Positions 35,301 to 44,300 of a stretch of DNA of 64,000 nucleotides are shown here, piece after piece. The position numbers and the translations under genes were made by a program. Within the stretch, counting starts at the first letter, position 1; each line of letters starts with the position of its first letter. This stretch comes from Setoptus koraiensis (Eukaryota; Animalia; Arthropoda): NCBI GenBank assembly GCA_048013815.1, contig CM106586.1:2914001-2978000 (forward strand). The letters run 5' to 3'. Under the pieces are notes generated by a model. It was not told the origin of the DNA. It did no database searches and saw only the letters and a list, made by a program, of their open reading frames with translations.

Positions 35301-38300
35301 GCGCTCACTTCGGGCCAGCGCCAACCGGCCCGTAGTGAGCGCGCCGACCGCACATTGACGGTGCGTGCATGCCGAGAGCCTATTGAGGTTGCCGGATAAA
35401 AAGGCGACTTTTGGTTGCTTTTCGAGCCTGTCTCGTTTCATTGGCCAGCGACGTTCTTTGCATGCCGTTTGCGCGAATTCTTTCCTCTCCACGTTTTATC
35501 TTATCCGCGAACTAGGCGCCAAGCGACCATCTGGCTCACAATCGCCCCTGTGCACTTATTGGCACAGGCTTGCGAGTCGCGCCGGCCAAGAGGCCGGCCA
35601 ATTAATTAACGATCACGCTGGCCCGATTATCGCTGCGCCTTTTCTTTTCTTCAAGTGGGCCCCATAATCACGGCCGAGGATGCAGATAACGGCGCGCCGG
35701 CATTACAATAATGTATGATAAGTGCTGGCGCACAATGACAAAGCCGCGAGCGCAACTTTGTTGTTGCCAGCGGCGGCCAGCAGCGACCGACAACCACCGA
35801 CAGCGGCCCGCAACCACCGACAACCACCGACAACCACCGACAACAACCGCCTAACCACCAAATCATTAATTCCCCGTCGGAGCCCGCATAACGGCAGCCA
35901 CAACTGACAGCGCGCCTCATATCTGCTTATTCTGCTTGCATAATGGAGCGGTAAATAGACGTGGCCGTAATACGGCCGGCATAAGTACGCGCAAACCGCA
36001 GATCGCGAGATGGACACACACAGATAAAGCTTATTTTGGGGCCCGCCGCTCGCACGACGGCGGAGAAATAACGAGAACGAGCGCGGATATACGCGCGTGT
36101 GCGCAAATGTGCGCGATACGCCCGAATATATGCGAATATTCGCGAATATATGCGAATATCCGCGACTGCAGGCGAATATCCGCGAACGCAGGCGAATATC
36201 CGCGAACGCAGGCGAATATCCGCGAATGTGTGCGAATGGCCGCACACAAAGAAATGAGGCCTGCCTATCTAATTTACGGTTTTGTTCCTGGTCGCCAACT
36301 GACAACAATGATGTAACAAATTGCAACCGCTCGCTCTTGCAGGGGCCGCTCGGTATCGCGGCGCCGGTATCGCGCCGTCGGGATCGCGCGGTCGGTATTG
36401 TGCCGCTGGTACGATACAACCAATGTCGGTGTGACAACAATGTCGGTACTGGCGCGTCCGCGCCAACGGGCCTCTGGCGCGCACCGAGCAAGCCAAACAG
36501 TTGTGATGAACAACGGCTCATTTTGTTCAGTCTTGTGCGCTGTTCGCGCCAAGAATGAACAAAATTAATGGACGACCGCGCCGTTATGTCTGGATGTAAG
36601 TGCCAGACATGACGTAATCTATCTGGCTGGCGTGCCCGTCGTTTCGTTGGCTGCCCGCCTAATGCAACCCGCCGCAAATGGTGCATACCGCAACCGTACC
36701 CTGAAATGCCGCATATCGGCGCTACCGGGTATAGGTAGCGGCGGTTCTTGCGATGCTATCGTCGTTGCGGGCGGCATGGCAAATATTTCGCGCCGCCGCG
36801 CACCCTCTATGAGCCCCATTCGGCCCCGTATACCTTCCACGGGCCGGCGCCGCACCGGCCCCCCTGGAAGCCAGCAGCAGCAAGCTTGCCGATCGAGCAA
36901 ACTTGTTCGTCTTCTTGCGCAATATTTGTCCATGTCGACTGCTCGCGAGTCGCGACACACAAATGTGCATCAGATAGACGGCGCTCCATACGGCGCCTCA
37001 TTTGGGTGAAACACAATCCATTTCCTGTGGCGCGTTCTTTGTCTCGGCGGCCCGCGCCGGCCCGGCCGACGGTGTTTAGATGCTGACAGCGCCAAACACA
37101 CTGGCGCCGCGCCGGTTGTTTGCGCACTTGCGACTGTCGTCAGCGATCGTCGTCTCGTCCCGTTCTCGGGCCGTCCTCGGGCCGTTGTCAGGCGAATGTC
37201 GGGCTGGCTCGGGCCGTTGTCAGGCGAATATCGGGCCGGCTCGGGCCGGTGCTCGCTCAACAGCGTCATTGTTGCCGCCGGCGAACGGGCGAAGCGCTCG
37301 GCGCGACATGGCGCCAGTGGGCGCACAAATTAACATTTGATTTGTGTATTCGTATTCGTCAGTCATCTTGACCGCTCCGGCGCCGGTCATTAGCGACCGT
37401 CGTTAATCTCTGGCCAGTTGTCGAGCGCTCTCCCGAGGCCAGACGCGCTCGCCAGCCAGTTCCCGCTAACTAGTGAGACCGACCAGTAATAACAACAGCT
37501 CCCGGGGCGTCTCGTTCAAAGTTGCGCAAGCGGCCCGTGCCAGCAAGTGGCCGGCCCGCCAAGACGTGCCCAGTCTGCGCCATCGAATTCGCAAATAACT
37601 CGGCCGGGCATTATGTAACCATTAGACAGGGTTGCGCTAATGAATAACAGCGCGCTCGACGATTGAGCTCGACGATTGCGCTCGACGATTGCGCAACCTC
37701 GATCCGACAATCACAGCAAAACCGTCATATTGCGTCATATCGGTTGCCTGGGCCGGCTTGTTCGCAGCTTGAAATTCAATTGTGACGAGCGGCGGATATT
37801 CTCGCCGGACAAACACACTGTAAACACACACTGTAAACACACATTGTAGATACACAAATTGTGACATTTGCAAAGTTTGATGCCATACGACAATAATTGC
37901 ATTAGGCGTGGGGGCGCCATTTTCCATCGGGCCATTGGGGATTTCTCTCGATCTCGGGCCCTGGCGCCAATCGTGAGAAATGCCCGCAAGGTGGCCCGAG
38001 AATCAATTAATGAGCCCAGCACCGGCTCATTTGTCGGCTCACCGGGCGGTGATCGGGCCGCTCGGCAAACCCTCTCAAAACGCCAATCATTGGCGGTCAA
38101 TGGGCTCCCCGGCGGGACCCATTGCCAATGAGCCACTGGCGACCATTGTCGCAGTGCCGGCGTCCAGTCGGAGCTTGCTCATTGTATTCCGTGTCGGAGC
38201 GCGACAATTTTTAATTTATCGAGCCGCTCGCGGTCACCCTTGAGTGACGCTGGACGCCGCTAAATGGCGCAGCCAGACGGCAAGGGGACCCGATAAGTTG

Positions 38301-41300
38301 CGGATAATTGCGCCGGGCCTGTGGCGGCCGCATCCCCCGAATGGGGGCAGAAATCCGAGCCAGACAAATCCCGGCTAGTGAGCGACATTAGTGTCGCTAG
38401 TCGATATAGCCCGTCGAGTTTAGGGCTGCAGCACGGCCCCCCAGGCACGTGATTTGAAATTTGATTCCCGTGAAAGGCAACGGCCGGCCGCGGCCGCACG
38501 GAGCGCCCAGAGTTGGCGCCAGTAAATAGACGCTGTCATTTCGGATCATTGCAACGGCCGCTCGGACATGTCGTTGGCGGCACAAGGAGAATGCAAGCAT
38601 AAGTTGGGGCGCCACACGCGCAGACGGATACATCTCATTGTGAATATCCTGTGGCATGTCCATATCCAGTGGATCACGTCATGCCGCTCACTGAACAATG
38701 TGTCCCTCAGGGCTCCCGATAGCCGTCATTATCGACGCGCTCGGGGCCCCGAGAGCGCGCCGCCAGAGATTAGCCCGCGCGAGCCAATTTGAATATTTTC
38801 GATACCATCTAAATTGCATTGTCCGGCGGCGTTGCGGCGCCCATCAGCGGGCGCCCACCGCAGCCGCTGTTTGGCGTGTTTGCTCTATCTGGCGTGTGGG
38901 CGCCGTGCATGCCTTGCGAGGCGCCGTTCAAGGTGGACGACGGCAACGTTGGCTGGGGCCCGGCGCTGATCCTGGCAAGATTATCGCTGAGACATGAAGA
39001 GACTCGACGATAATAACGCGCCCACTGAATAATCTTGTACAATATTGCTGGCGCTCGTGTTTGCTCTTTATCTTTGCTGGCGCTGCCGCGCCGGTCAGGT
39101 GCCGTTGCCCGTGGTGCGCGCGTCACTCGGGTTGCGCGTCGCTCGGGTTGCGCGTCGCTCGGGTTGCGCGTGCCGCTCGCGGGGCCCGCGTCGCTTGTGG
39201 GGCCCACGGTGGTAATTCAATTTGAGCTAATGTTCACTTTATCTAACGCGGGTATCTCGCGGCGATGATATGATATTTGATGATAATATTCCTCTCTAAT
39301 AGCCTTGCATTAGCGCGTCGTCACTTGCTCGGCGCATTTGGCGGACCGACAGCGTCAGTGGCGACTGACAACATTTTGAAATTTTCATATTTTCGCCCTT
39401 TAACTCCGGCCCGCCGGCCTGCTGGCGACGTTCGAGGGCGACGTTCGAGGCGCGACGTTCGAGGGCGACGTTCGAGGGAGACGTTCGAGGCGAGACCTAG
39501 TGGGGCGTCCGCGAGCGCTAATGCGCGCATTAATGGGGCCGGCCATTGTTTCAAAGTGGCGCTCGGCGACTGCTGCTGATATCTTCAGCAACTGGCGCCA
39601 AATGACTATTCAAGTCAGTCGATTCCGACAAGCCGGCCCCTGCAGACAGTCTCTTGAAATCGATTTGAGCGCGGGGCCCGCGTTCGCTGATCCGCTCTGA
39701 TCTGTCGTTCGGGCCGACTTCGGGCTGATGTGCCACTTTCGGCTGACGCCCGCTCGCTCTTTTTTCTTTTTTTTTGTTTTTTGTTTTTCGGGGGCTCTCG
39801 CCCATTTTGGCAACTCTTCTTTTTCTCTGTCGTCCCCTTATGGCCCGCTCTGCTCGGCTATTTATAGTTTGCTGGCGCACAACAAACTACAAACTGGCCC
39901 TCTATCGCAAGTTGTTGTCACTCACAAGTTATGTAACTTGCCACGGGGCCGCCCAAACGCAAGCTACTCACGGTTGCGCAAAGCCGATGAATGGCGCAAC
40001 CGGAAGTGGGCGCTGTCCGCGGCACGGGTCAGTGTGTGCGCGTACGTTCAAGTATGTTCAAGTGTATTCATTGTGTGATTGTTGATTGGCAGTGTGCGCG
40101 TATCAAGTAACAAAGACGCTGCAATCGATTGCGATCGGACAGAAACAGTGACGCAACAACGCACACACACACTTGCACGAGTTGCAAGAAACGCGCACAC
40201 TGAGCACACCGAGCCCACAGCCGATACTTCCGGTCTGCACGGAATCACGTATCGCACCCCTGGTGTCCGCGCTCAATATGGCGCTTGTACGGCGCGTACA
40301 CTATGGGCGCGATAGTATCGCAGCGGATGAGCGGGCAAATAGAAATTGCAGCCGAGTCAGGCATTTTCGCGATGACCACTTAATGGCGCCCCGCTAACTA
40401 CGGACAAGACGGCCAGAGAGACACAAACTAAACGTGCTGACTCGGCCCGTCGGACTCGGCCAGACGGACTCGACTGGCCGCCGACCATTGCTCGCGTGCT
40501 CTATGGACACACGGACGATGGTCAGTTATTGCTACTTGCGCTCGCTCGCTTGATGACCCCGGCGCTGAGTGTGTATCATCATTATCATATAAATGGCGGC
40601 AACACATCACTGGGCTCGTAATACTGCTACTTTTCGTTGCTGGCAAGTATTGCGTCACTTGCGACATTTGCCCGTAACAGTGATAAATCTGCCAGCGAGT
40701 TGCGCCAACATTGTTGCACCAACGAGATCTACCTAATAGAATCTATTAGACAGATACATCTTGTTTGGCTTGCGCGCAGCGGCCAAACAAGCGCCCACTG
40801 GTCATCTTTTCTGGCGGCGAAACGAGCGCCCACTGGCCGTCTTTTCTGGCAGCAAAAAGCGAGGCAAGGGGTCGGATTTTCATGAATGAATCTCATGGAA
40901 TTTCTTGGAATTTCATGGCGCGACGTCTACGAGACCAGATAATCCGGTGCGTTGCAGCGCCGCGACGCCCGTCAAACAATTATTTAAAGCCGGAAAGGGC
41001 GCTCGCTTGTAAAGTAGTCGTTGGGCAAACGACCCGATTTGGCCCCATTGATTGGCCCATTGTTGAGGCGCACTTTGGTGGCCCGTCTCAAACGAGTGCA
41101 AGTGCAAGAACGGCTTGTTTTGTGGCGGACATATCTGGGTGTCATTACGACAACAAAGCGAGCCGAGCGCGCTTGTTGTCGCAAGTTTGTTGTCGCCACA
41201 GCGCGCGATTCTTGTCAATCCGCGCCGGGGCCCCCAATTCAAACCATTTAAACCCATTTTCTGAATGGGTGCAATGTGAATGACGCAAGCGTGTGATAAT

Positions 41301-44300
41301 ACACACAGCAAACGTATTAATCATCATTCGTTGGCAGCTTCCGACAGCTCGGCGCCGTGAGTGACCGGCGGGCGCTCGTCATGGCGGCGAGCGTTGTTAG
41401 TTTACGATTCACATATTTCACATTAATTCGCAGTATTTCACATTGGCGCACATTTCGCACCAGCCGCGTTATTTCGCGAGCGCGCAGACATGGGGCCCCA
41501 ATGGGGGCGCACAACGGCGAGAATATCTTGCTGTTTGAAATTGGCAATGAACAGACGACGAGGCTGCCCTCTCAAAGGCCTTCCACATCATTGGGCCCAT
41601 TTTCGGCGCGGATATTTTGGCCTAAAAACGGCCGGCGTGCACCGACACGGCGGCGAACGCACTTGAGCACACGGGGCCCGTGATATTCGAGGGGTGTGAT
41701 AAATGAGCCGGCCGGGCAAGGCATCAAGTTGGCCGGTCGGTGTCGCCCGGCTCGCTCCATGATTGCGCTTGTGTGGCGCTGTAACAATGGCCGCATCACT
41801 TGATTTGTTTTTATCAATCAAGCGATTGCTCATTGCGATTCGCGATGCAAAGGGGCCAACGGGCAAACAAAGGGGCGCCCAAGCGTCGCTAAATGGGATG
41901 ATGGGCGCAGCACCCTTGCCCTGTCCGCTCATACCCGTGCCTTGCCCGATGCCCCGCGCACGGCGCGGGGGCACCAGCAAGGCGACGACATTTAGCAGCG
42001 CAAATACGGAACAGCTAGCGATTTCATTATGTCCGTGTGTGTGTGTGTGTGTGTGTCCGGTCAGCGGGCTATGTAATGGTAATGGTTATATAACTATATC
42101 TTTATGACGTAATATTGTTGTTGTTTTCATTGTTTGTGTGTTGTTGTACAACGACAACACACGGTTATATAACATGGCAAATGTACAGTTATATGGCAGC
42201 GTTATGTGTACAGCGCAAATGGGCAGGCAGCGCCGCGTCACATGCCATGGGGCCGCGGGGCCGTCGGACAAGAGTCGGTCAGCGCAATATAACGGCCCGC
42301 ACACGAGCCAGCACAAGTCGGCCGGGCCGGCGCGGGCGCCATAGTTACATGACGGCCCGAACATACTGCGCCGGGCCCGCGTTGTTCGGCCGCGTTGTTC
42401 GGCCGCGTTGTATTATAATGCGAATGCGATCGCTGAAAATGAGAGATGATTGCTAGGCACGAGACACATCGTTACCATCATCAATTGATTTATTTATTAT
42501 TATTCCCCCAATGGCCTGATGATGATTTAAGCAAGCGACCAGCGGCCAGTTTTGATGCCAGACCAAAAGCCGGGCCAAAGTTGCTCGCAAATCTCTGCCA
42601 AATAGATGGCCCTTCTGGTCACATCCATCGATCTTGCCAGCGGCGGCCAGCTCTGCGCTCGGTCTCGCTGGCAGCTTAGCTCGGCAAATATTGGCTCCGG
42701 GCCAGATTAGTTTTGCTGTTGTTGTTTTTTGGGGCCCGTGCGGGGCGCACCTGAGAGCCGCCCGGGCGCCGCCTGAGCTGTGAGCAGCCGACGTGTCTCG
42801 CAACTGCGGCCACGCAGCGTAATTAGCGCCGGCCGGCCCACCGAAAGCGGCGCCCCAGCTCGCTCGAGAGCCGTTGCCTGGCTGCGGCGACCGCCTGAAC
42901 ATCCGAATGCCCGACCAATGCGAGGGTCCGAATGCGGCCACTTGCAAACTGCGGCCAAATAATGAAGTGACAAAGACAGCGACACCAGCAAGAAAAAATG
43001 TGTGCGCGAACGGCGCTAGGCGTCCTGTCGGGCCGCCACTCTCGGCCGGCCGACCGCAGCGGCAGCAGCGGCAACAACCGCAACAAAACCAGTGATGTCG
43101 TTGTTGTTGTTGTTGGTGTTGTTGTTGCTGCTGCTGTTGTTGTTGTTGTTGCTGCCGTTGCGCAATAAAACGGGCCAGCAATAACAATAATGACAAGCGC
43201 ACTGGCAAGTTTTTAATGACATCGCCGGCAGCAGCGACGGCCCTGGACGGGGGCCAAACAGCAACGGTCAATAGTTTGCGTTTTTATTGACCGACCGCAG
43301 ATGGTGCCGTCAAAGCAAATTTGGCCGGCCCGAACAAACGCGCGCCGCGAGCCGATATCCGCCGACACGGCCAGCGACGCTCGCTTTCAATATTCATCGT
43401 GCATAAACATATACAAATTGGCCCCCATCATTTTGTCGGCCCGCCCGGGCAGCGTGTCGGGCGGACCGGCGGCCAGCCGGCCGCCGGTCAGGCGCTCGCC
43501 AGCGGCGCGCCAGCAAACACGGCGCCCGACGGCGCGATTGGCCGGCGTTGAGCGGCGCCGCTGTGACCGGCCGGGGCGAGCTTGCCAACGATTAGGCTCG
43601 GCCAGCGGCGACGGGGCCAGCGAACTCTCACTTTTGAGCGGGGCGCGCAAAGCGCGGATTGCGGCACAGTGTGGAGCGGCTAAACAAACATACTGCGATG
43701 TGGCCCGGGCGCAGCTCGGCCCTGGCCGCATCCGCCACTTCGGGCACACCGGGCCGCCGGGGAAAAAGGGCCGCCAGGGAGCGAGGGCCGACGGGAAGCG
43801 GGAGCCGACAGGGAGCGAGGGGAGAGGGGCCCGCTGGCCGGGAGTGAGGCAGCGCAAATAGGAAACATAAACAGTCGGCGCGCTCAAATTTATAGCTGAC
43901 AAAATGAAATGGCTACTGGCGAATCGGAACGGCGACTGGGCTCAGGCCGCCAGTGGCGGCGTGTAATTCCTCTAATCTTACTACATATTAGTTTGCTATT
44001 TTGTGGCCGTTTCGAGCGGCCGGCGGCCGGCAAAAGTGGAGCGAGGCTCGGGCGAGCGGCCCGGCGAAAGTGCGCCGAAGGCCCGGCGAAAGTGGGCGCC
44101 CGACGCGCCGCGAACTGAAAGAGGAAGCAACGTTCAAATGATGCAGGCCAGCGCCAGCGCGGATAGGGCAGTTTAAATGCCTTTCGGCATTTGGACACAA
44201 TTGATTGATGCATAAAATGCGACCATTCAATGCTTCACTGGCTACAAATGAGCGAGGGCCGTTGCGCAATATTGCTGCTCGGATTGTTTATATCGGCGCG

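Noticed and set aside
34645-36686. Long ORFs of 200-327 aa on both strands
   Set aside because: Arg/Ala/Pro-rich, no domains. Explained by high GC and the stop-free 10-bp array.
42453-43902. ORFs of 170-272 aa
   Set aside because: GC-rich and microsatellite-derived, overlapping in several frames on both strands, no motif.
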